DNA from: Lytechinus pictus
Lineage: Eukaryota
Assembly (NCBI RefSeq): GCF_037042905.1
Contig: NC_087250.1
Span: 28,026,001-28,090,000 of the forward strand
Length of the DNA stretch: 64,000 nucleotides
Reading direction: 5' to 3'
The stretch's first letter is position 1, and each line of letters opens with the position of its first letter. Made by a program: the position numbers and the translations under genes. Under the pieces are notes generated by a model. That model did no database searches. It was not told the DNA's origin and was given only the letters and a program-made list of their open reading frames with translations. Shown in pieces: positions 12,501 through 27,500 of this stretch.

Positions 12501-15500
12501 AGCTGTTCGTATCTGTACAAACTCAGACTATCGAGCTCATTCAAACCCACTGTTCCATAAGCTGAGAACGCTAACCATACATTCATTACCTTCAAATTGC
12601 TCTTTTCATGTACAGATTCCAAATCCGCGAACTTCCAGACAACCTTTTAAAAATGTTCCGTTTCAATACATCTATTCATAATTACCCAACCCGAACCTCT
12701 ACAAATATTCATTTAGAAAACCCAAGAACAGCTCTTGCCCATAGATCTATTCGACATACTGGCCCTGATATTTGGAATTCTCTTTCTATATTCATTCTCT
12801 CGTGTCCTACGAAAAACTCCTTCAAGAGGCAAGTTAAAAATTTCCTTCTTTCAAAATATGAAACATAAGGCTGATAATAATGTCATGTTTGTTGTATTAC
12901 CATTGCATGGTCACATAATATACCATCACACATATGTAATTCCTTTCTTTTGCTATTGTTTGTATTTATTAGACAAACAAAATACCTCAACAACGAGTCT
13001 TCGTTATCAAAACATGATGTCTGGTATTTTATATTATTGTTAGAACTCTCATGTTTCTCTCTTTCTATTTAGTTCTTTCTTTCCCACTCTATTTTCTCAC
13101 CCTCACTCTATCTCTCTTGCTCTTCCTTTAACTCTTAGTTGATGTTTGCATCATTGGATGTATTATTTAGCCAATGTATAATGTATCTTTGTATTTTTTT
13201 TTCTTGGAACATCATTCTCAAGCTCATAGAGCTTAAGATGCTCCAATCATGTATATATAATATGACTGTTTATACTAATATGAATATCATGTAATGTTGA
13301 AAATGATGTATATATATATGAATAAATCAAATCAAATCAAATAAAAAAGAAGCATATGTCACTACATAAAACAATAATAACTCGAACCGCGAGGAAATAT
13401 ATACACAACAGAAAATGTAAGTCACCCCTTAAACAAACATCAATAATTTTCGAACCAGTGCCAGTTTTTAGTATTTACGTATTGTGAATATATGCACTAA
13501 GAGTAGATTGAGAATCAAGCATAGTCTTTTCTCTAGACCCGATAACTAAGAGCTAAAACCCTAATGCGTTCGTATAGCACAAAAATGCAAAGTCTTTTTT
13601 CCAGACCCAGTCATTTAAAAAATTATAATATAAGACCAAAGTCTTTTTTCCAGACCCGGTTGTTTAAAGATTACAATATAAGTCCAAAGTCTTTTTCCAG
13701 ACCTAGTTGTTTAAAAAATTATACTATAAGTCCAAACTAAGATACCATAATGATATTCCAGTGGAATAAAAACAAGTAACGAGCTTAGTCTTTTCTCCCG
13801 ACCCAGGTACAAGTAATTAAAACTGATGGAAAAATGTCTTTGTTGTTGTTTTAACGTATACGGCGTTAAGAGTAAATTGAGAATCGAGCGTAGTATTTTC
13901 TCCAGACCGGGTTACTTAAAACTAAAAACTGAAACACTTTTCCCACAAATGTAATAATTTCACCCACAAATTTAATTATTATTTTACCTATAAATATTAC
14001 AAATTTGAAGAGATTTTTGGTGAATCTTTTTTAAACTAAATCCCTATAGTAATGCGTTCATATAGCGCAAAGTCACAATTCAATTCAATAATGGAAAATT
14101 AAAAACATGCCTCGCAGCCAAAGGCTGAATAAAAAAATGTGTTCAATTTACAACAATAGAATACTACTCAAATACAAACATGGAATGATATAAAATTACT
14201 AATACTTCTTATTATAATACAAGGAAATAAATTGTTGAAAGTAAATAAAATTATACATTGTATTGAACATAATAAATATTAAGTACGCAAATTCTAACAA
14301 CTACATTGTACATGCATGAATGAACAGAAAAGATGAGGAAGGATAAAGACGGCGTAGGGAGACAGACAGAGAAAAAGTGAGAAAGGGTAAAGGGTAATTA
14401 AAAGGAGATATAGGTAGAAAGTACAGAGAGAGGATTGGGCCAGAAAGATGAAGAAAGTAGTGGCGAAGATTGAAAACAAACTAAACCATGCATGTATGAC
14501 AACAAATTAAGTACAGAGTACACTAAGCATGCTAAGTGAGGCAAGGCGGTATAGAATGAGGAGGACTATCCTAGCAAATAAAGAAAACTATATCAATCAT
14601 ATCTTCCGGGGGGCAACAAATGTATCTAGTTCTCGTTTAGTAAATCTATGAAGTAGGGGATGGGACTATTTCGGAATCGGTTGGTTTTGCGTTTGAATTG
14701 ATTGTACTTAGGGATTTTCCTTAGCGAAATGTCTACCCTTTTGGGAGGAGGGAGCCAAGTTTTGCAGTGTGGATTGATTGTACACGTAAGAGATTTAGCA
14801 AATTTTTGAGGAAGAATTTTCCGTCTAGAATTTAGAGTTTCAAGGTTGATTGTTTGGCAAGCATCTTCATACGATGAGTAGTTACGTCCTAATATAATTT
14901 TGCATACTCGTTTCTGTACTCTTTCTAGGTCAGCGATCTGTTGTTTGGTCAAAGCCCCATTGAAAACCGGTGTGCAATATTCTAATAAGGGACGGATGTA
15001 TCCAACATAGACAGTTTTTAGGTCTTAAACGGGCATTCCATATTGCTTGAGTGATCTGAACATATACATTTTCCTATTACACTTCTTTAGAATTTCACCT
15101 ACATGTTCATCCCATTTCAAATTTGACTGTATGGTTACACCCAGTATCTTAGCGGAAGTGACGAATGATATTACAGATTCACCAATCTGTAGGTAATTAC
15201 GAATAGGGGGTGATTTCATGAAAGTTACATTCATACCAAAGCACTTGGAGGGATTCAATTTCATATGGTTATTTGGCGACCAATTTTGCAATTCATTGAG
15301 ACATTCTTGTATTTTGGAGAGTGATGATATTACTCTGCATTCTGCCAAAGTTAGCATAGTATACATTAGTATTATTTTTCAGGCAAGAATATTACAAATT
15401 GTCAGCTTGCGCTTAGCACTCTCCATTATTCGATTGATATTTACCTAAAGAGACCACTAAATGCATTCTTTAGCATGTTCCTATTCTGGTCAGTATATTC

Positions 15501-18500
15501 AAGCTCGCGTTTTGCGCTCGTGTTAATTCTTTAGTTAGATGCACATCTTTTTAATGACAGCAGAAATCTGCTCGAATTTTTTTATTCTTATTTAAAATGC
15601 CTTAAAGTTTCGGCTTGTGATCACGTTCGCAACAAGTCGCAACGATGCCATTTTAAGAATAATTGACCCCGAAAAAACGAGTTTTACAACTTCAGCTTCG
15701 ATTCTTTTCCGAGCCGCTAGCTCATTATACTCTCTCGCGAAAAAATAAAGCCTAAATATACATATTTTCATAATCAGAAGCCACTTAAAAAAGGCTTTTC
15801 TCTACTTAATTACAATAAAACACACAATGACTTCACGCAGATGATAATCTAAAGGTGAATATATCACCAAAGTGCCCATATTGACGTATAAGTTTCATTT
15901 TTGGCTTTGCCCCCCCAACGAAAACAAAATGTTCGGCCGCCCTTGCCTTCCCATCCTCAAAACAATTGAACAGCAACAGTGTCCCCCCCACTTGTCTCTG
16001 CCTCTGCTTTCCCGGTTTTCATTTTTCGGATTAACAAACCTTCGGAACAAAGAACATTATTTTGTTTTCGGATTAACGACCCTTCGGAATAACGAACCTT
16101 ATTTCGTTTTCGGATTGACGAACCTTCGGAACAAAGAACCTCATTTCGTTTTCGGACAATCGAACCTTCGAAATAACGCCACAAATGTTCGGAGTAACGA
16201 GCCCTTTTTCCTTTCCGGATTAACGAACATCGAGGCATAGGCAATTTACGTGTTTCGGAACTACGAACCTTCGCAAATACGAAGTGTATCCCATTTATCA
16301 ATTCTCTTCACCGATTATTTGGTAGTTCATGCTGATAATGACGGTGACCAACATTTAAGCATTTTTTCTTATCATCAAAGCATGAGTGGTCACTTGTCAT
16401 TGAAGAAAGTGGTCAAAAGGACCACAGGTTCGAATAGTTAGGCCAATAACACTGGACTAGAAATAATTGTATTTATTTCCACCAATGTTTTTCAAACTTT
16501 CCCCATTGAACAATAGTTGATGCTAATATTAACGCAATCCTGAATCTATCCTCACCATGTTTGCTATATGCTGAATTAACATACATATTGGGCAGGGGTC
16601 AAGCCCGGGGGTCAAGGTGGACAAAATGACCAAGGTACAATAGTAAAAATACTTTGGTGAATAGATGCTCAATTTCAAGGATTCATACACCATTATTATG
16701 TGTCACAGCACACCCTTGTACAGTTTTAATGATTCTGGTAACATTTGAAGTAATTTTGATAAATTATGATATTAGTCATTTTGGGGGGGCCAAAAAGAAG
16801 CCAAAATGACCAAAAACTCTTAAATAGGGTTAATAATTTATTTTTAATGACTATTTTTTTACACAAGATAGACATTAAATGCATTCCCATCTTATAAGGG
16901 AAGAAAATGATGCACGCTGAAGACCTCATTTTTTTTCCTATTTGAACAGTTTATTATGCAAAACTGTGGAAATGGTCAATAATGCCGAAAGTACTCAAAA
17001 ATACCCTCATAGGTCAAACTGATGGGAAAAGTTCCATGAGGTAAAAAATACTCGGCTTTTGAGATGTTAAATTTAAAGAAACAATAAACTAATATTTGGT
17101 GTCGTAGCACACCCCTTTAACGATTCTAGCAATTATTTTTGGATAAATTAAGCCGATGTTATTAGTCATTTTGAGGGCCATAAGTGGCAAAAATTACCAT
17201 AAGCTGTTAAAAAAGGGTCCTTAAGAGGGATATATTTGGAATCAGCACAAAATTCTACACAACGTGGACCTTTGAATGCATTCCCATTTTATAAGGGAAG
17301 AAGATAAAACACGCTGAAGACCTCAAGTTCTTAAATATTTGCACAGTACATGAATGTACTGGTCAGTTATTTCTAAAGTGCCCAAAATTGCCTTCATATG
17401 TCATAACTTATGGAAAAGGTTACATGAGGTCAAAATACTCTCATGATGTTCAATTTAAATAAATAATAAACCAATGCTTGGTGTCACAACGCACCCTTGA
17501 AACGATTCTGGTAACATTCGACGTATATTTTGATAAATTTAACTGATATTTTTGGTCATTTTGAAGGCCATAAGTGGCCAAAATGTCCATTATCCTTTAA
17601 TAAGGGTCATTAAAAGTGATATATTTGGAATCAGCATAAAATTCTGCAAAAGATAGATCTTTTAATACAATCCCATTGAGAAGACCTCAATTTTCTGTCG
17701 ATTTGCTTAGTTTGATATGCAAAATTGTGCGAATGGTCAGTTATGTCTAAAGTACCCCAAATGACCTTCATTGGTCATCTGATGGAATAAGTTACATGAG
17801 GTCAAAATAATTTTGAGATGTTCAATTTAAGGATTTATACACCAATGTTTGGTGTCACATCACACCATTGTAACGTTTCTGGTATAATTCGAAGTATTTT
17901 TTTATCAATTTAATTTGTATTATCGGTAATTTAGAGCGACAAAAACGACCAAAACGACCATAAGCTTTTGAATATGGTCATTAAGACTGTATATTTGGAA
18001 TCAGCATAAAATTCTACACAAGGTGGACCTATGAATCCATTCCCATTTTATAACGGAAGAAGATAAAACACGCTTAAGACCTCAAGTTATTAAGTATTTG
18101 CACAGTACAGGAATGTACTGGTCAGTTATGTCTAAAGTGCCCCAAATTCCCTCATAGGTCAAAATTGACTTCCCCCTTTTCCCTTCTTCATTTTTTCTTC
18201 GCCTCCCCTCCTATTGACCTTTCTATGACTCCTTTGTAATATTTCACTGATGCTTCTGTTTAGGTTAACATATTTTTGTCATATATTTTGCTCGTAAAAA
18301 CTGGTTTTAAAATGTTTACTATGCCAAATGTATATTATGTTCCACACGACCCCGATGGAAATCATTTTAGAAAGAAAAAAATAAAAAGAAAGGGAAAGAA
18401 AGGAGGAAAAATAAGAGTTAAAATAAGAGGGAGACGAGTGAAAAAAAGGTTAGGTGATGACTTGGAAAATGATTAAAAAATATATTTCATGTCACTTTAT

Positions 18501-21500
18501 TTTTTTTCGCTCGGGCTTCGGGCTCGCATAGCCTGTTCGATGAGATACACATCTTGGTAAATAGGCTGACATGTATCTTAAAATTACAAAGCATATTTCA
18601 GCTCGGACATTATTCATAATTTAGTTTGATTTACAAACTGATTTTTAAGTGCTCTGTTTAATGTCCGTTTTATGGTTAGAATATATCTTGCAGCTTGCGC
18701 TGTGCGCTCGCATTGTTTGATTTGCCAAATTATATAACAAACTACTTAAAAAACCCATTTTATGACAGTTTACCAAATATTTCGTCTCACGATTTGCGCT
18801 CGCATTTTTGCTAAAAATATATCAACTCACAAATCCTATTCATGATTACAAAAGTGCTTAAAATATCCAGTGTTCAGGCCTCAGTGTCAACACATTTTAC
18901 TCACTCATTTAGGCTTATTACATTAATAAATATGATAATAAAATTTTCATGAATTCTGAATGACTAAATCGTCCCTTTTCAGAAAAGAATATCGACAATA
19001 TCACAGTTTCATATGTTTAATATCGCACTCAGGAAGAGGAATAAGAAAGTTGTCATCATTTTCATATGATGACAAAATGTCCTTAGACCTATAGAATGTC
19101 CAGGTCCTAGGTCAAAATAATAATGAAGATATCAGCTCACGCTTCACACTCGCATCATTTATGAAGTGCTTTCCAAATCCATTTCACAATGTCCCTACAC
19201 AATGCTTTAGATAGTGCTCAATTCACCATTTTCATACCGGAATATCAAGTATTTTCCGCTCACGCTTCGCGCTCGCATTGCTTTTTCGATGAGATTAATA
19301 TCTTGCTCAATATAGGCTGATATGGAGCTTAAAATATCAATTTTCGAAGCCAATATACAGAACATATTTCATCTCGGATATCGAGCTTTCATTATTTTTA
19401 AATTTTTAAATTGATTTTTAAGTGCTCTGTAAAATGTCCGTTTTATGGTCTAAATATTAATATTTTCAGCTCACCCTGCTATTTGCATAGGGCTACTTCT
19501 TTATAAATTCTTACAAACCGTCCTTAAAATGCACCTTAAACGAATTGTCATGATTGTCAATTTGTATAGAAAAAACACTGTATTTGAATATGTCATATTG
19601 TTTACAATTTAGTAAATTTGGTACTTTTTAATGTTTAATTGCTTTCACCCAAGAATACTACACACAAAAACACCTTGTAATTTACAAGGTGTTCTTGCGT
19701 GTATTATCTTTGCTTTCAGTTTTTTAGCTTACTGTATTAAGTTATAAAGCCACATCTTAATCTGGAATGTGCACCAATTGTTTCATAATTCTTACCTTCT
19801 TGTTAGTTGAACTTTAAAAAACCCAGATTAATAGGTCTACTTGACAGTGTTAGTGTTCATAGCTGCGTTATCGACTTTCAATATTTCTACATATAAAGGT
19901 ATTTTTAACGATTTATCTATTTGCCTGATTTCTTACCTGAAATTAAACCCAAAATAAATATTAAAAAAAATCAGATCAGTTGGAATCAAAGATATTCAGC
20001 ATTTGTGATTATTATGACTCATCGTGTTCAATTGTTCTATGAAAACTTAGAATGAGGGCCAGTTTACAAATTTTCTAATATGCAGAGCCAAACGGGAGGT
20101 TTCGGGTGCAAGCCCCCCCCCCCCCATTTTTCATGATGCAGAAGGCGCCGCTAAACAAAAAAGGAAAAAAAGAAGAAAGTGAGAGAACAGGAGAAAGAGC
20201 AATATAAAAGAGAAAGAAAAAGTTATACACGTAAGATGAAGTAGAAAATATTTCGGAAACCTGTGCCACCGACCAAAACTTACAGTGGGTCCCGCTTAAT
20301 TCTAACATTGATGCTGGAGAGAAGGGGGGATTTTCTGAAGGTAATTGTTCGGGGGGGGTAGTTGTCCGGGGGTAATTGTCCGGGTGGTAATTGTCCGGGG
20401 GTAATTGTCCGGGGGTAGTTGTCCGGGGGGGTAGTTGTCCGGGGGGTAGTTGTCCGGGGGGTTATTGTCCGGGGGGAATTGTCTCGGGGGTAATTGTCCG
20501 GGGGGTAGTTGTCCGGGGGGTGATTGTCCAGGGGGTAGTTGTCCTAGAACCATCAAAATGAGTTCGTACAAAATCCAATGAAATTACCACCAAAGTGTCT
20601 GTTTGTATAAATAAACGGTATGCGCCAAAGGATTCTGGAAGAAATTGTGTAATTGCTGAAAAATCAGCAAATAAGCACAGTATTCGGGTACGCGTCTGGC
20701 CCGACATTCGAAGCAATTATTACACACTGTCCCACGTGCACTTATCTGTGTTGGGTTTCTTCAATATGAACATTTTTCAACGTAGATTTCAAGATTTCAC
20801 AAAGTTCAGTTTATGTAACTGTACCAGATCTAGATCCTAGATGATATAGGACAATGAAGCCTTGTTTTACAGACTTTCTCATGAATTCAGTGTTTTCTGC
20901 AATTACTGGAATTTCTCTTTAAAGGGGAATCCAGCCTTGTCCGTAAAATGTTGTGTTGGGAAGGAGAAAAATAAATAAAACAGAATGGTGAAAGTTGGAA
21001 AGAAATCGGACAAGCAATAAGAAAGTTATAGCTGCTTTAAAATTGAGATCACTAATACTATGTAGATTTCAAATTGGCAACTGAGTAAGTAAATTATGAC
21101 AAGGGGCAAGGGCAACATTCCCATAGGCCATGTACTTTATTATCAGGGATTAGTGGTTTTCTCCTGAGTGCCCTATTCCCCTAGGGCAGTAATCTAAATA
21201 TAACCCAGGTAGTATATTGTTTTATGTCCTCATGAAAGAAAAATATAATTTGAAATTAAACTTTTGGGAAAAATGACATTTTAGCCATAATATGTATTGG
21301 AGTACATGGAAGAGTAGTCCTTGCCTTACATCACTATGACATCCCATATGCGGCCAATTTGAAGTCTCCATGGGTATAGTGATTAGCAATATTTACAACT
21401 TTTAAAAATTCATAACTTTCTTGTTGTTTGTCCAAAATTGATCAAACTTTCACCTATCAACTTGTCTGATTTTTCTTTTCCTTTTAAAAACAAGTTTTTA

Positions 21501-24500
21501 TCTGGGTTGGATTCCCCTTTAAGCTCCTTAAAGAGCACGTCATGCTTATCACCTAAAGGGCAATACGAGCGCAAAGGGCGAGCGAAAATTTGTATATAGT
21601 GACATTAAAGATTTTTACCATTAATTTCCAAGCCTTTCCCTCATTTTTGTCTCGCCCACCAGAGGTCCGTCGTCCGTCCGTCCCAGATTTAGTGACGCAT
21701 AACTCACAACTGGAGTCACTTTTCAATTTAACTTGGATGGTAGATGGACTTGAGAGATCTGCATTTTATACTTCAGTTCACTAGCGTACCTACGGGGGGA
21801 GGGCAGGGGGGCACTCTGCCCCCTTCCCCCCTGACGAGTCACAACCCATACAAAACACATATACCTGCCCCCCTGACGAGCTTAAAAGACCTTTTATGCC
21901 CCCCTGACCAGCTTGAAGACCTTTATCGCCAACCCCCCCCATGAACTTGAAGACTTTTTTTTGCTTGTCGAATTTATTGTGGTACGAAAACCTGCATTTT
22001 TAAATTGAAGACCTTTTTTGCTTGTCAAATTGTTTGTGTTACGAAAACTTTTATTTTTTGTGCTTGTCAAATTTTGGGGCGGTCGATTTTGCCCCCCTGT
22101 GGAAAATCCTAGGTACGCCACTGCTTCAGTCGGATGTCACATGGTAAGGTCAAAGGTCATTTGCATGTCAACGTTAACGTTCACACGCAAGACTCTCTCA
22201 TGACACCTAACCCCGCAACCATAAGTCGCTTTTCAGATGGACTTGGGGGACCTGCATGTTATGCTGCAGTCGGAAGTCACATAATAAGGTCAAAGGTCAT
22301 TTTCAGGACAACATTAAAGTTTACGTGCAAGGCTCTTATGACAAGCGCTATTCCATCCCAGTCATTTCACAATAAAGTTTCCATACAATTCTGATGCGTG
22401 CCCTCGCAAATCACGATACCTCTGGTTATTTTCATAAGTGGGCGAGACGCAAAATCGCTTTTGCCTTTTATTCATTCGTATTCCTCCTCTTATGTTGCTC
22501 CTTTTTCTCTTCTATTTTCCCTATTTTTCTTCCTTTTTTCTTTCTTTTATTTCTTTTTCCTTTTTTTTGCTCCGCCAATGGGGGGGGGGGGGGGGGCTCG
22601 GACCCCCATGATCCGCCTATACTAAGGCCTTTATACGGGTACCGGCAATTAGAAGATGTTCATGGCAACGCAGACGACCACAATTTTATAAAAAGAAGCT
22701 GCAGTAGGAAAAGTTATTTTGCGTCCTGGTACAGCAACTTTCGACAAAAGCCTCTCAGCTCTCCATTGTGATCTTAATTTTTTAGGAATGCTGGGTGCGC
22801 AGTGTAAAGAGCGACCGCGCTCTGATTGCGAAAACTATGTATCGAATACCATTCTTCCAAAAGAACGACACGATACTAAATCGAAGACAAAATAAAGAAT
22901 AGAAAATAACATTTTAATAAACGGAACATGTGTCGAGGTGTCGCACCTCATCATCAGCCTGAAAATTACAAACAGAGTCATTGGTATTTATACAGTTAGG
23001 ATGTCAAGTAAAATTTCAAGAATGTAGTTACACAAGATTAGAAGGAATGAATTCAATTGTTAAATGGAGTAAAGCAAAAACTTACATTGTCTATAGATTT
23101 ATCAGATAGGGGTGGGTTAAATTAAATGGATAACATTATTTGGTAATTGTACACCTGTTGGTTTAGTTGAGGTTGTTTCCATTTGATGAAAAGCCCTTCT
23201 TTTATTTTTAGTTGAAAATCTGTTTGAGCAGTGTCGAGAATTTTGAAACAGTGGGTATTGCATTCTAACAAGCATTGGGGTGATGATTGCAGGTGTTTCC
23301 AGATGTGGGAGTTTTTGTCCTTCCCCATACCATTCTACTTACCATTCACACATGACTCGTATATCTTTACAATTGATTTCATTTCTCTGATATCCGATTG
23401 TAGCCATAGTGATGTCTCTGGAAAATTGATATACGTGCCTGAGATCGATCCATCGGGATCTTTGTAGGATCGATACATCATTGGAGCTTCCAGGTTATCT
23501 GGAGCGGAAGAAAGTGAGACGAAGGAGAAATAAATACGAAATATGCCTCGGTAGATGAGTCTGTCTAAAAACCCAAGTGAGTACAAGAAAAAAAAGTCTG
23601 CACCTAAAATATAAATAAGAAATACTTTTCGTGGAAAAAAACTATTACAATCTATTAAATATTTAAAGAGTAGGCTACCTTCTGCCGCATAATCTTTATC
23701 TTTGCATGAAATAACGCTTCGATAATCAAGAGGTATTTGGCGGAGATATGAACTCTGATAGGTATAATTATGAACCAATCCTGGGTCCCGTCTTACAGAG
23801 AGTTGCGATTGGTTTGATTATGAACCAATCCTGGGTCCCGTCTTACAGAGAGTTGCGATTGGTTTGATCAACCTCAACTATTGTAATCCAGCAATGCCCA
23901 TTCTAAAATGTATGTTTGTTCAAAATATTTTTTAGATCTGATGTGTATTCATGCATTAATCGTTCTCTTGAACATTTGGTGTGTTCGCTTTTCATTTCAA
24001 AGGAAATTTTGCAATTTTCCTGTAACAAAATGACAATGATGGATTCCCATAGAGTTACGATTGATTGGATCAATCGTAATTCTTTCTAAGACGGGGACCG
24101 GGAGGTCACGGGATGTTTTCCGGCAAGAATTGCAGTAAAATTAATTGCAAAAATGCCTTTGAAGAAGAAAAACCGAATTCGAATATAAAGGTTTGCGGTA
24201 AATAGTGCATAATTATGACGTCATGGGATCACGTAGTGCTTCATCAAGATTCATCATCTGAAAAGTATTCATATAGGACAATTTCTCTTAGTTGCGATTG
24301 GCGAAAAAAATAGAAATGGAAGAAAAGGGAAAGGAAAAAGTAAATAAAAAAATTAAGAAAAAACATATAAAAGGGAAAATGGAAGGAAAGCGGGAGAGGA
24401 AGGGAAGGAGAACGTGTGAGAAAGAACAAATCATTCCAAAATACTATGCTAGCGTGATTAGTAAGAAAGCGAAATAAATATTTAAAAAAGATGACAAAAT

Positions 24501-27500
24501 AACAAACAAAAGCGGAAAATTAAAGTAGAATGGAATGAGTCAAAAGTTTGATTGTAAAACGAAGAAAACTGACATAAAAATACATATAAGAACTGAAAAC
24601 ACCTCAAGGCTGCATTACATTTTAATTATACCCGCAATGGTATAAAACACAACAATCATATTTCTGGACATTGAGCAAACTATGTAGGATTTTTTAAAAG
24701 TAGCGCCAGCAATTTTCGACTCCATTCTTGGAAGCCATCTTGGATTTTAAACCATACTGGACCACTGAATGTGCTTGTAACTTGTCCCAATGTCTTATTT
24801 GACCATCGAAATCATAGTCTAGACACCAAAATCATTATGTCCCAGGCGGATATGAAATGAACTATGTCCATTTTAATTATCAACAGCCATTTTAAACTCC
24901 AGTTTTTGGAAGCAATCTCGGATTTTTTGATACACCAGATCACTGGTTGTCCTTTGAACTTGTGTCAATGTAATATTTCACTCTTAAAACAATTGAATAA
25001 AAAAAAAATTAGATGAATTATGGATTTGTACACTACGGCAGCCAATTTGTGCGCCATCTTGGATTTGCCTGGTACACTGGAGGGCTTATAGTTCATTCTA
25101 GCCAAAATCAATTTTTGTACCCCGAGACCATGGAATATGAACCGAAATAGGATTCTAGAGTGGATAATGTGACAGTTTTATCCATTTTCAGTGAATGGCG
25201 GCTATCTTGGACGCCATCTTGAAACTAACCACTTTCCTGGATGCGGATTTTGGTAGATTTTTAGTATGTTATTTCTGAGGTCAAATAGTACAAAATACCG
25301 TTGAAAATTCATTTGCTGCAATTTTTCCGGGTAAGGCTATTTTTGTTCGTATATTGACCCGTCTACTTGTTTGAGGAGGCCAATATTTATATTAGTATCG
25401 AGGTCGAAATTGATATGATTTGCAACCCGGTCTGAGTACATAATATACACTAGCGTCGTCTGCTACGTAAACTAAATAAGCGAATATGACCAAAACTAAG
25501 TATTATGTTTATGCAAATTGGAACATTTCCCCCTATTCGGATTTTATGGGGGTTTTTAGTATGGTCCTCTATGGACCTCAAAAAAATGTTCTGCATTGGA
25601 ATAAATTATGTTGCAATTTGTTCCAAGTGAAAACTTAAATCTAACTGGTTTCAATTGGATTTTGGTCCTGGGTTGATAAACACGTCCCACTTCCCCATAA
25701 TTTTTTAAAGGGGAACTGATCCACCCCCCAAAAAAACTTGTTTTTATAAGGAAAAGAAAAATCAGACAAGTTGATAGGTGAAAGTTTGAACAATATTGGA
25801 CAAACAGCAAGAAAATTATGAATTTTCAAAAGTTGTAAATATTTGTAATCACTATACACATGGAGACTTCAAATTGGCTGCATATGAGATGTCATAGTGA
25901 TGTAAGGCAAGGACTACCCTTCCATGTACTACAATACATATTATGGCTAAAATGTCATTTTTCCTTAAAGTTTTATTTCTTATTACATTTTTCGTTCATG
26001 AGGACATAAAACAATATACTACCTGGGTTATATTTAGATTACTGCCCCAGGGGAAGGGGTACTTAGGAGAAAACTACAAATCACTGATAATAGAGTACAT
26101 GGCCTATGGGGAAGTAGTCCTTGCCCCTTGTCATAATTTACTTTCCCAGTTGCCAATTTGAAATCTACTTAGTATTAGTGATCTTAATTTTAAAGCAGCT
26201 ATAACTTTCTTATTGCTTGTCTGATTTCTTTCAAACTTTCATATTCTGTTTAACTTATTTTTCTCCTTCCCAACACAATATCTAATGGCCAAGGCTGGAT
26301 TCCCCTTTAAGATTAAGTGAGTGTAACGTTCAATCCAGGTAACCCCCACTGTGATATGATATACTGACATTCAGAAACGTAACGTTGATGTGAGTACTCA
26401 CGATCATGTGCAGGTTTACTGTCCCAAGCGCGGTAAATGTTTAATCATTGCCAACAATTGCCTAGAAATCAATTTTGATTCAGTTACCGCCCTTTCCCAT
26501 GGTAAAAAATAAAAATCGTAATTTGAATGATGATTCAAGCTATTCAAACTAGAACATGATTAGATCACGAACGCTAATTACAATCACAAATGCTTACGTG
26601 ACATTTCAGTCACTTCCGTAGATAATGCGATTGCCATGCACTCATCGTAGTTTGTACTTGCAATGTAGTGCTTTGATTGACAAGTCACCAATGACACATA
26701 TTGCCTTTGCTCGGGAATTTGAATTCAAACCACAGTTTTCGAACGAGCGTGTGAAAGGTCCGATGATTTAAAGAAGAATTGCAATCATCATTACAATGAT
26801 GATTCAGGATTCACGTGTGAAGAGGCCCTGATAGAGACAACCGAAGACATCGTAAATAACAATTAAGTTTACTGTATCATTACCTTTAATAGTTAATTTG
26901 CTGAGCCAATGGTAGCTTCGGAACTCAATCCCGATACTGCATCCAGAAGTGACCTTGACTCGGTACGCTCGAAGAAAAGATTCGTCAAGATCACTAACAG
27001 AAGTGTAGCCTGGAATACTTGCAGGGAAGGACGCATTAACCTGTATATGTCGTACAAAATATTCTAGGAAGGAAAAAAAAACATCAGCAAATTATTTTTC
27101 TACTACTACCGGTATAAATTAATAGCAATGCGATAAAACCTTAGCCTTTAGTTACTAGGTAAAGCGAAACAAATCGAAAGGAACGAAATAACATGACGGA
27201 GACATATTTTATTTCAGGAGGATTTGGGATCAGCATAGAAATGGGGTGTGTACATTTAATTTGAAGTGTTGTCATTTTTGTATCAGTATGAATATGTATT
27301 ACATTAATTGTTACACGAGTTGCACAATTTTGATGTGTGAGATACTTACGAACATGAACAGTATGAAATATAATATCCGCTCAATCTTTTTTTCACTTTT
27401 ATTCCTCATCAATTTCTCTTCATTTCACCATGAAAACAGCCATTTTAAGGACTTATTACCACACTATGCCACCAAATGTAGAATTTTCAGCTCATTGAAT

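Noticed and set aside
19795..19935. Minus-strand AG...G/GTAAGA exon-like segment
   Set aside because: Stop codons in the required phase-1 frame and no similarity to the modules
20302..20571. Proline-rich ORF (PPGQL repeats)
   Set aside because: Translation of the G-rich minisatellite; no supporting splice sites
23499..23778. 5' extension of ORF 23335-23778
   Set aside because: It reads through the polypyrimidine tract; the acceptor at 23499-23500 gives exactly the 336-nt domain length
26597..26760. KLWFEF motif and GTAAGC donor suggesting another CUB half-exon
   Set aside because: Lies next to Harbinger-like MITE termini (cgtgtgaaaggtcc), has stops in all frames and no acceptor
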